From Planctomycetota bacterium (GTDB lineage: Bacteria; Planctomycetota; UBA8742; UBA2392): 64,000 bases of DNA. Of the stretch, positions 56,967-64,000 are shown piece after piece; position 1 is the first letter of the stretch; every line of letters starts with the position of its first letter. The DNA lies in NCBI GenBank assembly GCA_020638635.1, contig JACKIE010000011.1, positions 914-64,913 of the forward strand. The letters are read 5' to 3'. Position numbers and translations under genes: made by a program. The notes under the pieces were generated by a model. It was not told where the DNA came from, did no database searches, and was given only the letters and a program-made list of their open reading frames with translations.

Positions 56967-58364
56967 ATGCTGCTCAGCTCCGAGTCATCCGCCTTTGACC
57001 CCGCGTGGCTGCCCATGGCCGTGCTGGGGGTGATCATGCTGATCACCTACCTCTTCATCGCGTTCGAAAAGCTGCACAAGAGTGTGTGCGCCATCGTGGG
57101 CGCGATCGCGGCCGTGGTGGCGGCCATGGCGTTCGGGCTGTTCAAGACCCATGGCTATCACGAAGTGCACGAGATCATCGGGCACGACCTCAACATCCTG
57201 GGCGTCATCATCGGTACCAGTATTCTCGTTGATACAGTGGGCGGCAGCGGGCTGTTCCACTTCATCGGCATTCGCGTGGTGAAGATGACCGGCGGCGAGC
57301 CGCGCAAGCTGTTCCTGTTCGTGTGCATACTGACCTTCCTGTTCGTCAGTCTGCTGACGCTGGCGCCGGGCAGCCTGTTGATGGCCTCGCTGGTGCTGGT
57401 GATCTGCCGTACCCTGGGCTATCACCCGAAGCCCTACCTGATCGCCGTCGCCATCGTCGCCAACAGCGCGGCGCTGACCACCTTCAGCAGCGGGATCGCT
57501 ACGCTGATGATCGGCACCGCGGCCGAGATTCCCTACTTCCAGTTCTTCATCGGCAGCACGCCTCTGGCCTTTGCCACGGGGGCGGTGGCGTTCCTGCTCC
57601 TGGTCAAGCTGTACGGCAAGAAGCTGCTGGAAGACGCGTCAAAAGCCGGCGACCCGGTGGCGCTGAAGCAGAAAGTCGCCGGCTTTGACGAGTGGGCGAT
57701 GGTGAAAGACCGCCGCGTTTTCCGGCGCAGCGCCGGCGTGCTGGGCGCCACGGTAGTGGGCTTCGCCACGGCGCAGGCCCTGCACGTCGGCCTCGACTTC
57801 GTCGCCATGGCGGGCGGCATGGCCGCCCTGCTGTTCTGCGCCGGCGACCCGGAGCAGGCGATTAAGAAGGTAAAGTGGCCGGTGATCCTGTTCTTCGTGG
57901 GCCTGTTCGTGATCATCGGCGCGGTCAAGGCCACCGGCCTGCTGGCGGTCACGGCCGACGCGCTGGTCAGCCTGGGCGGCGGCAGCGGTACGGTGCTGGT
58001 GCTGATCATCGGCGGTTTCGTGATGCTGACCAGCGGCTTCGTGGACAACATCCCCGTGGCGGCGACCATGATCCCGGTGCTGGACCCGATCGCGAAAGCC
58101 AACCCGGGCATGGCGGCAGCGCTGTTCTGGGTGCTGATCAGCGCGGCCAACCTGGGCGGCAACAGTACGCCGATCGGCAGTGTCAGCAGCGTGATCGCAC
58201 TGCACGCTCTGGAAGCCGACCGCGGCGAGAAGGTGGGCTGGGGCGAGTACATGAAGGCGGGCGGGCTGATCCTGGCTGTGCAGGCCGTGTTCGTGCTCGG
58301 CTACGTCCTGTTGATGATGAACCTGGGCTGGTTCCCGGACCTGCCGAAGTACGTGAAAGGATAG
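56967..58364 (+). CDS. ArsB/NhaD-superfamily ion transporter
   Basis: 465 aa polytopic protein whose sequence character matches ArsB/NhaD/CitMHS-type permeases. It is adjacent to a tandem USP gene, a common pairing. Confidence 0.7.
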   Translation: MLLSSESSAFDPAWLPMAVLGVIMLITYLFIAFEKLHKSVCAIVGAIAAVVAAMAFGLFKTHGYHEVHEIIGHDLNILGVIIGTSILVDTVGGSGLFHFIGIRVVKMTGGEPRKLFLFVCILTFLFVSLLTLAPGSLLMASLVLVICRTLGYHPKPYLIAVAIVANSAALTTFSSGIATLMIGTAAEIPYFQFFIGSTPLAFATGAVAFLLLVKLYGKKLLEDASKAGDPVALKQKVAGFDEWAMVKDRRVFRRSAGVLGATVVGFATAQALHVGLDFVAMAGGMAALLFCAGDPEQAIKKVKWPVILFFVGLFVIIGAVKATGLLAVTADALVSLGGGSGTVLVLIIGGFVMLTSGFVDNIPVAATMIPVLDPIAKANPGMAAALFWVLISAANLGGNSTPIGSVSSVIALHALEADRGEKVGWGEYMKAGGLILAVQAVFVLGYVLLMMNLGWFPDLPKYVKG

Positions 58365-58366
58365 CC

Positions 58367-59305
58367 ATGTCCAACACGCCCCTGGACGACGACCTGCATG
58401 AAGCGATGTCGCGTTTCAAGGCCGCCGCGCAGGCCCAGCCCATCGAGCTGCCGAAGATCGAGCCGCCGGCCAAGGTGCTGGTCGCTTTCGACCAGAGCAA
58501 CCAGGACGACGCCGTGGCGGTGGCGGCTCGCGAGGTCTGCACTCGATTCGGCGCGACGGCCGTGCTGGCCCTGGCCAGCCCCGGCCTGGACATCGAGACG
58601 CGCCGCAAGCACCTGGAAGCCATGCAGGCGAAACTGGCCGGCGTGAGCTGCGAAATTTCGCCGCCCCAGGACGACGAGGACCCGGCTGACCGCATACTCG
58701 ACGCCCAGCAGGCCGCGGGCGCGAAGTTCCTGGTACTGCCGGCGCCCTACCTGGAGAACCTCGACAAACTTGGGCGCGACTCCGTGGGCAGCACGGCCGA
58801 GCGTGTGCTGGCGCGCGCGACCACGCCGATACTGTTCGTGCGCGAGCCGCGCGAGGGCATGGCGGGCTGTTTCGGCAAACCGCTGACCAAGCTGCACGTG
58901 CGCCAGCCCGAGGCCGCGGACGCCCTGGCCGTAGGCTTCGCCCTGTGCGGCACGGCGGCGCAGTTCCGCGTGCTGTTCGTGGTGGACGCGGCGGCAATGA
59001 CCGAAGCGGCCGCCCTGCTGGGGCACGAGGTGGACCCGGCCAAGCTGACCGACCAGGCTCTGCTGGATGACGCGCAGGCGGCCGCGGGGTCGCTGGTGGC
59101 GGCCGCCCAGCACTGGGCGTCGGACCACAAGGCGGCGCTGAAGGTGGATTTCAAGATCGGCAGCGACCCGGACGTCACGGCGCGCGAGGCCAATGACGGC
59201 GGTCATCTGCTGGTGCTGCCCTGTCCGGCCGACCGCAACAGCAGCGCCTACAGCCGCGCGCTGACGGTACTGCGCCTCAGCAGCGTGCCGGTATTGATGG
59301 TGTAG
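58367..59305 (+). CDS. Tandem universal stress protein (UspA) domain protein
   Basis: The ATG at 58367 lies 3 nt after the transporter stop. It has two USP-like halves ending ...GSTAERVLARATTPILFV and ...ALTVLRLSSVPVLMV. Confidence 0.7.
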   Translation: MSNTPLDDDLHEAMSRFKAAAQAQPIELPKIEPPAKVLVAFDQSNQDDAVAVAAREVCTRFGATAVLALASPGLDIETRRKHLEAMQAKLAGVSCEISPPQDDEDPADRILDAQQAAGAKFLVLPAPYLENLDKLGRDSVGSTAERVLARATTPILFVREPREGMAGCFGKPLTKLHVRQPEAADALAVGFALCGTAAQFRVLFVVDAAAMTEAAALLGHEVDPAKLTDQALLDDAQAAAGSLVAAAQHWASDHKAALKVDFKIGSDPDVTAREANDGGHLLVLPCPADRNSSAYSRALTVLRLSSVPVLMV

Positions 59306-59350
59306 GGTCGATGGCAGGGCCGGAAGGCCACGTCGCGCGCCTTGCGATTT

Positions 59351-60859
59351 TCATTCCAGGTCGTCGCGTTTGTAGCGGCGGGTGATCTTTTCGGTTTCTT
59401 CCTTGCTCAGGTTGGGCTCGTCGTCCTGCACTTCTTCTATGGCCACGGCCTGGGTGTTGTGCCGGGCAAGGCGCCAGCGTCGTTTGGCCCAGCTGATGGG
59501 CGTGAGCGCCAGCAGCATCAACGCCAGCACCGGCGCCGCCAGCGCCAGGATTCGTTCCAGCACCCGCAGGCGCGGATGGCCGAGCGCCTCACCCATCTCT
59601 TCGGCGGCAGGCAGCAGCACCGCGAACCAGCGCCCCTCGCCGCGCGCCAGCACGTTCCCCTGCCCGTCCACCGCGACGCCGCCGCCGGCCCACACGGCGA
59701 TCTGCCTCGAGGCGCGCACCACGGCCTCACGCCGCTGCTCACGCACCCAGAACCGTTCCTGGGCGGGGTGCGCGGGCTCGAGGGGCGTCGTGAAGATTTC
59801 GGTGGACCATTGCGTGCTCCAGTGGCTGTCGGATGCCAGAGAAGGGAAGACGCGCAGCTGCCAACTGTCTTCCAGCACCAGGGGCTCGCCGCTCACCTCG
59901 CCGGGCGCACCTAGCCAGCGCCTTTGCGCCGCGGGGTGCGGCGCGCCCGCGAACGCGTAGGCTGTGGTGGCATCCGGCCCGGCCAGCACCATGACCAGGG
60001 TGATGCGGCGGCTGCTTGCCAGGCGGCCCGCCTGCTCCAGCCAGGCTGCGCGTTCCGCGTCGTCTTTCACCCGCAGCTGGCGCCAAACGACGATGGCGCT
60101 GCGTGTGCGGTTGGCCAGGGCGTCGGCGGTGGCGCCCACCGGGTCGCTCGCGTCGGTCACCACGTAGAAGCTGACCGTGTCGCGCCGGTTGGAGGGCCGA
60201 ACAGTAAGCGAGCCCCACCAGTCAATCCCGCCCGCGGCAAGCAGCAGGCCCGCCAGCACGAGACCCTGCCAGCCCGGCCAGCGCGACAACGGCCCGCGCG
60301 GCCTGTGGAACATCTCGGCCGACAGCCAGCCCAAGCCCAGCATGCAGCCGGCCACGGTGGAGGGTCCGAGCTTGGGCCATGCCAAGCGCAGCAGCTCCCC
60401 TTCGATCAACCCGCCCAGTGGGACCAGCATCGCCGCCTGCGGCGGCAGCAGCGCCCAGAAGCCCGTCGCCAGCACGGCCACCAGCAACGGACGCAGCGCC
60501 CAAGGGATCTTGCGGCAGATCGGCAGTTCAATGGCGGCAAGGGGGATCGCGGGCAGCAGCCCGCCCGCCAGCCACGCCGGAAGGGGAGCCGCCCCCTCGA
60601 CGTCGAGCAGCCAGAAGCTTTGCGTCACGGCCGCCAGCAGCAGGCTGAGCGCCGCCAGCAGCAGCGCGCCGACCGGCCCCGCGCCTCGGCAGGCAAAACA
60701 CAGCGGGATCAGCGCCACCCAGGCGAGCGGCCAGGCGCCCACCATGTCGCCGCTGAGGTACAGCAGCAGCGTGGTGCCAAGCGCGGGCAGCATGCGCAAC
60801 GGCACGCCGCGCAATCCGCCGAACAGCTCTTCGTGCTCGAGGTTGTTCAGCAGCGCCAA
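59351..60859 (-). CDS. Polytopic membrane protein with Lnt-like architecture (catalytic triad not evident)
   Basis: 502 aa with an N-terminal multi-TM block, a central soluble domain of about 230 aa, and a C-terminal TM (ILALAAPVLALMLLAL) followed by a charged tail. The expected WPE and catalytic Cys contexts of apolipoprotein N-acyltransferase were not found. Confidence 0.45.
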   Translation of the reverse strand: MALLNNLEHEELFGGLRGVPLRMLPALGTTLLLYLSGDMVGAWPLAWVALIPLCFACRGAGPVGALLLAALSLLLAAVTQSFWLLDVEGAAPLPAWLAGGLLPAIPLAAIELPICRKIPWALRPLLVAVLATGFWALLPPQAAMLVPLGGLIEGELLRLAWPKLGPSTVAGCMLGLGWLSAEMFHRPRGPLSRWPGWQGLVLAGLLLAAGGIDWWGSLTVRPSNRRDTVSFYVVTDASDPVGATADALANRTRSAIVVWRQLRVKDDAERAAWLEQAGRLASSRRITLVMVLAGPDATTAYAFAGAPHPAAQRRWLGAPGEVSGEPLVLEDSWQLRVFPSLASDSHWSTQWSTEIFTTPLEPAHPAQERFWVREQRREAVVRASRQIAVWAGGGVAVDGQGNVLARGEGRWFAVLLPAAEEMGEALGHPRLRVLERILALAAPVLALMLLALTPISWAKRRWRLARHNTQAVAIEEVQDDEPNLSKEETEKITRRYKRDDLE

Positions 60860-60961
60860 CTTGACCCCCGCCGGAGGTGCATGTACATCAAACTGTTTCC
60901 CGCCCCGATGCTACACTAATCGGGCGCGGTTTCGCCTGTCCGGACAGGCCCGGGAGAGCAC

Positions 60962-61385
60962 GGTGCGGAATTCGTTTCAGCTGGCGGCGCTGCTGGCGCT
61001 GCTGTTGGCCCTTGCCGCGTGCAGCGGCAAGGTGCGCCATGACTTCGGCGGCGGCGGCTCCGACGCCGAGGTGCTGATCCTGCGTGACTCCCCGGCCGTC
61101 GAGCTTTCCATCTGGGAAGGCGCCATCGTGTTCGACCTGCGCGAGTACGACCAGTGGGCACAGGGCCACGTGCAGGGCGCCCGCCACAGCAGCCTCGAAG
61201 ACCTTGACCGCGGGCGCGGACTGCCCCAGGACAGGGAAGCGCCCCTGCTGTTCATGGGCGAAGGCCCCATGGACACCCGCCCGGAGCAGGCGGCCGACAT
61301 CGCCCTCAAGCGCGGGCACAGCAACGTGCAGATTTTCCCCGGCGGCTGGCGTATGTGGGTTGACGCCCACAACACGCGCGAATAG
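60962..61385 (+). CDS. Rhodanese-like domain lipoprotein (no active-site Cys evident)
   Basis: GTG at 60962. The lipobox is LLLALAACSG. The rhodanese-like pattern is DLREYDQWAQGHVQGARH...NVQIFPGGWRMW. The loop reads FMGEGPMDT instead of CxxGxR. Confidence 0.55.
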
Positions 61386-61451
61386 GGCTGCCATCGGCGG
61401 CGGGCTTTCCTATCCTGTATCTCCCTGCAACCGAACCCCTCTCGGTCTGCC

Positions 61452-62429
61452 ATGCGCTACTTGCTTCCGTTGCTTCTTCTATTATTGGCCGCGTGCGGCA
61501 GCCAGGAACGCCCCGAGTACGACAATGACGTCTGGGAGACCTACAACCCCAGGCTGGATCGTCCCACTTACGACGAGACCTACATCCCGCCTTCGCGCAT
61601 GGACGCCGACCAGCTGGTCGAGCGCGCCATGCGCGCGGAACGCGACCAGCGCGACGACCAGGCGCGTGTGGACTACCACGCCGCCTTCCTCCGCGACCGC
61701 TGGCACCCGCAGGCCAACCGCCGTTATCAGGACCTGATGCTTCGCAACGGCTTGTTCGACACAGTGTGGCAGGAGTACCTCGACCTGTGGCAGGCCCAGC
61801 CCGCCCGCGGAGACGCCTTCTGGTTCCACTTGCGCCCCATGTTGCTGCGCCGCGCCGACCAGCCCATGCCCCTTGAACGCGAGCCGAACCTCAGCGAGCA
61901 ACAGGCGTCGCAATTCGCCTCCCTCAGCGCCCAAGCCCGCCAGAAGTGGGAAGAGGGCGACGACGCCGGCGCCCGTGAGGCCGTGGCGCAGGCCCTGGCA
62001 ATCGCCGAGCTGCCAGAGCTGCAACGACTGCGTATCCAGCTCGCGCCCGCTGAAGATCACGCAGGGTTGCTGGCAGAGTTTGCGGAGCGCGCCGAGGAGA
62101 ACCCGGCCAGCGGCGACGCCCTCTACCTGCAGGCCCGCATACTGGCGGCGACAGACGCGGCCGCGGCGCTAAGTCTGCTGCGGGAAGGCTGGATTCTTGG
62201 CTTGCCCGGCTGGTGGCTGCGCTTCGGGATCGGCGAACTGTGCCTGGAGCTAGGCGACAGGCAGCTTCCGGAGGCCCTGGCAGGCGAGCCGGATGCGGTG
62301 CGCTCGGCCCAAGGCTGGTACGCAGCCGCCGAGGCGTTTCTGACAGCTTGTCGAGAAGCGCGGCCCGACAACGAGTACACCGATGTGCTGCTACAGGTTG
62401 TGGTGAAACAACGCGAGCGGCTGCAGTGA
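61452..62429 (+). CDS. Lipoprotein with helical-repeat (TPR-like) character, hypothetical
   Basis: MRYLLPLLLLLLAACGSQE carries a lipobox. 325 aa and helical. Confidence 0.55.
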   Translation: MRYLLPLLLLLLAACGSQERPEYDNDVWETYNPRLDRPTYDETYIPPSRMDADQLVERAMRAERDQRDDQARVDYHAAFLRDRWHPQANRRYQDLMLRNGLFDTVWQEYLDLWQAQPARGDAFWFHLRPMLLRRADQPMPLEREPNLSEQQASQFASLSAQARQKWEEGDDAGAREAVAQALAIAELPELQRLRIQLAPAEDHAGLLAEFAERAEENPASGDALYLQARILAATDAAAALSLLREGWILGLPGWWLRFGIGELCLELGDRQLPEALAGEPDAVRSAQGWYAAAEAFLTACREARPDNEYTDVLLQVVVKQRERLQ

Positions 62430-62433
62430 TGCC

Positions 62434-62449
62434 CTTCCCGATCGGGAAG
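62434..62449 (+). terminator. Perfect 16-bp palindrome after the lipoprotein gene
   Basis: CTTCCCGATCGGGAAG, 5 nt after the stop codon. There is no strong U-tract. Confidence 0.35.
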
Positions 62450-62644
62450 CTCTAGAAATTCTGACACTCGGCAGGAATCGGGTAGTTCGCCCAAATGGCC
62501 TGAAAATGGCCATTCGTAACCATTCAGGACTTGGACTGTCCACAAATGTGCAATTGAGACATTGGACAAGGGTGACATAAAAATTACCATCTTGCCCGCT
62601 CACAGCATTCGGCGGTGTGACATTACGGAACTCAGGAGAGCATT

Positions 62645-64000
62645 ATGAAGCGCTTCAACAAGGCGTTGTGTTTGACGCTAGCCCTCGGCGGCCTGTTGCT
62701 CGCCGGCTGCGGCGGCGGTGACGATGGCGGCGGTGGAGGCGGCGGCGGACTGCCCGGCCTTACCGCGATTCACTGGACCCTCAACGGCGGCGTCGCCACA
62801 ACCGGCGCGGCTACCAACGGCGGAAACGCCGGTACCGCTCAGATGCAGTCGCAGGGCGACATCCTGTTCGACGACGGGCGCACCAGGCCGACCGTGACGA
62901 CCAACTTCCTTACGGCGGGCGTCACGGCGGACAACGTCGTGACCTACGCCGAACTGGTAAGCCTGCTGGCCCCGGCCATCGCGGGCACCCAGGCCACCTT
63001 CAACCTGCCGGCCGGCACCGGCTTCAACCTCGCCGGCGGCGTTACGCTGAACCTCGGCGACGCCGTTGCGGGCGTGATTGACACGGTTGCGATTTCCACC
63101 AACTCGGAAATCATCATCGCGGGCAACATCATCCTGACCCGCACCTCGGCCAACTCGGTGGACTTCCAGGCCACCACCAGCCAGAACGCCACCAACCCGA
63201 TCCTGTTCACGGGCTACGTGGACGGTCGCGGCTCCGCGACGCGCGACGGCGGCAGTTTCCAGCTCAGCTCCACGGGCACCACGGCCGGCATCATCCTGCT
63301 GGGTCGCGGCGACCTGTCGGGCGGCGCCGGTGACGCGGCCACCGACGGTGGAGACAGCGGCTCGGTTGCGGTTTCCTGCACCGGAGACCTGATCGTTCCG
63401 TCCTTCAGCGTGCGCGCCAACGGCGGCGCGGGCACGGCGACCGGCGGCAACGCCGGTGCTTTCCTGCTGGTCAACTTCACTGGCTCCGGCAACTTCCTTG
63501 CCCCGTACGTGTTCGGCCTTGAGGCCAACGGCGGCAACGGCGGTACCGGCAACGGCGGCAACGGCGGCGTCCTGCAGGTGTACGGAATTTCCACCACCAA
63601 CACCGTGGCGACTCGCGCCATGGTGAGCGGCGGTGACAGCACCATGGGCGTCGGCGGCGACGGCGGCGTGGCGCAGATCCTGAGCGCCAGTGGCAGCACC
63701 CTGATGGGCACGCTGAGCGGCACCGTTTACACCACCGCCGACGGCGGCGACTCGGCGAACGCGAACGCGGGCAACGGCGGCCAGAGCGCTTTCTACTCCG
63801 GCAACTTCAACACCGCACTGAACACCGGCTCTGTCAACGGCGGCGTTTCGGCGGCCGGCGGCAACGGCGGCAACGGCGGCGCGTTTGTCACATACGCGCT
63901 TGACGCCACCGGCGCCCGCGTTGACGGCCAGGCCAGCGGCGGCAACGGCGCCGTGAATGGCGGCAACGGCGGCATCGTGGTAATGGGCCGTATCGGCACC
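62645..64000 (+). CDS. Lipoprotein with Gly/Asn-rich GGNGG repeats (beta-helix-like), 3' partial at the window end
   Basis: ATG at 62645 with AGGAG upstream. The lipobox is LALGGLLLAGCGGG. The frame is open to the window end, so it is absent from the ORF track. Repeats include ANGGNGGTGNGGNGG and AAGGNGGNGG. The three minus-strand track ORFs here are antisense artefacts. Confidence 0.7.
   Translation, partial: MKRFNKALCLTLALGGLLLAGCGGGDDGGGGGGGGLPGLTAIHWTLNGGVATTGAATNGGNAGTAQMQSQGDILFDDGRTRPTVTTNFLTAGVTADNVVTYAELVSLLAPAIAGTQATFNLPAGTGFNLAGGVTLNLGDAVAGVIDTVAISTNSEIIIAGNIILTRTSANSVDFQATTSQNATNPILFTGYVDGRGSATRDGGSFQLSSTGTTAGIILLGRGDLSGGAGDAATDGGDSGSVAVSCTGDLIVPSFSVRANGGAGTATGGNAGAFLLVNFTGSGNFLAPYVFGLEANGGNGGTGNGGNGGVLQVYGISTTNTVATRAMVSGGDSTMGVGGDGGVAQILSASGSTLMGTLSGTVYTTADGGDSANANAGNGGQSAFYSGNFNTALNTGSVNGGVSAAGGNGGNGGAFVTYALDATGARVDGQASGGNGAVNGGNGGIVVMGRIGT

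Noticed and set aside
57875-59305. 476-aa plus-strand ORF
   Set aside because: The N-terminal 164 codons overlap the ArsB/NhaD gene in another frame. The real USP gene starts at ATG 58367.
60177-61385. 402-aa plus-strand ORF
   Set aside because: Only the last ~140 codons (from GTG 60962, with lipobox and rhodanese-like domain) look real. The upstream part is antisense to the Lnt-like gene.
60962-61385. Rhodanese-like protein as a third selenoprotein or active sulfurtransferase
   Set aside because: There is no in-frame UGA and no Cys in the active-site loop region (FMGEGPMDT), so it is likely a non-catalytic rhodanese-like domain.
62944-63999. Three minus-strand ORFs (88, 169, 68 aa)
   Set aside because: They are antisense to the open-ended Gly/Asn-rich lipoprotein gene that starts at 62645. 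Their Pro-rich translations are the complement of GGN repeats.

Overview
This is a 64-kb high-G+C bacterial chromosomal segment. Its taxon cannot be fixed from this window; the gene content is reminiscent of PVC-like or other environmental lineages. I support about 55 protein genes and one tRNA-Arg(ACG). I saw no rRNA, no CRISPR array and no recognisable transposase or integrase. The backbone includes panC-folK, lepA and a complete alternative complex III operon (actABCDEF), which is preceded by a dihaem cytochrome c and a NarI-like membrane protein. It also includes xthA, an orphan nuoM, cca, a kexin-like S8 protease, a SulP permease, purQ, a receiver-Ser/Thr-kinase fusion and dnaK. Four observations stand out. 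(1) Two genes, a CMD/AhpD-like protein (27992-28555) and an ArsM-like methyltransferase (48201-48998), are interrupted by in-frame TGA codons exactly where their families carry a conserved Cys. Each TGA is followed about 10 nt downstream by almost the same hairpin (CTCTGCC-GNN-GGCAG), so selenocysteine recoding is likely. The first gene is the partner of an ECF41 sigma factor and sits behind a perfect ECF41-type promoter. (2) A roughly 5-kb low-G+C four-gene operon lies directly after dnaK, bracketed by a 568-bp direct repeat of the dnaK 3' end. It encodes a MauE-like membrane protein, a Cys-rich secreted protein, a 956-aa repeat protein and an NTF2-like anchored protein. (3) A family of AT-rich palindromic elements of about 100 bp (core TTACCAATAACCA) occurs four times. 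Two full copies bracket the selenoprotein-sigma module, and one half-copy supplies the C-terminus of a permease. (4) A divergent cluster holds two paralogous SARP-type regulators (one fused to AAA+/TPR, one to an alpha/beta-hydrolase), a tandem-DUF4242 protein, a diiron oxygenase and the Sec-candidate methyltransferase. Many long ORFs in the track are antisense or off-frame artefacts of the high G+C content and are not called.
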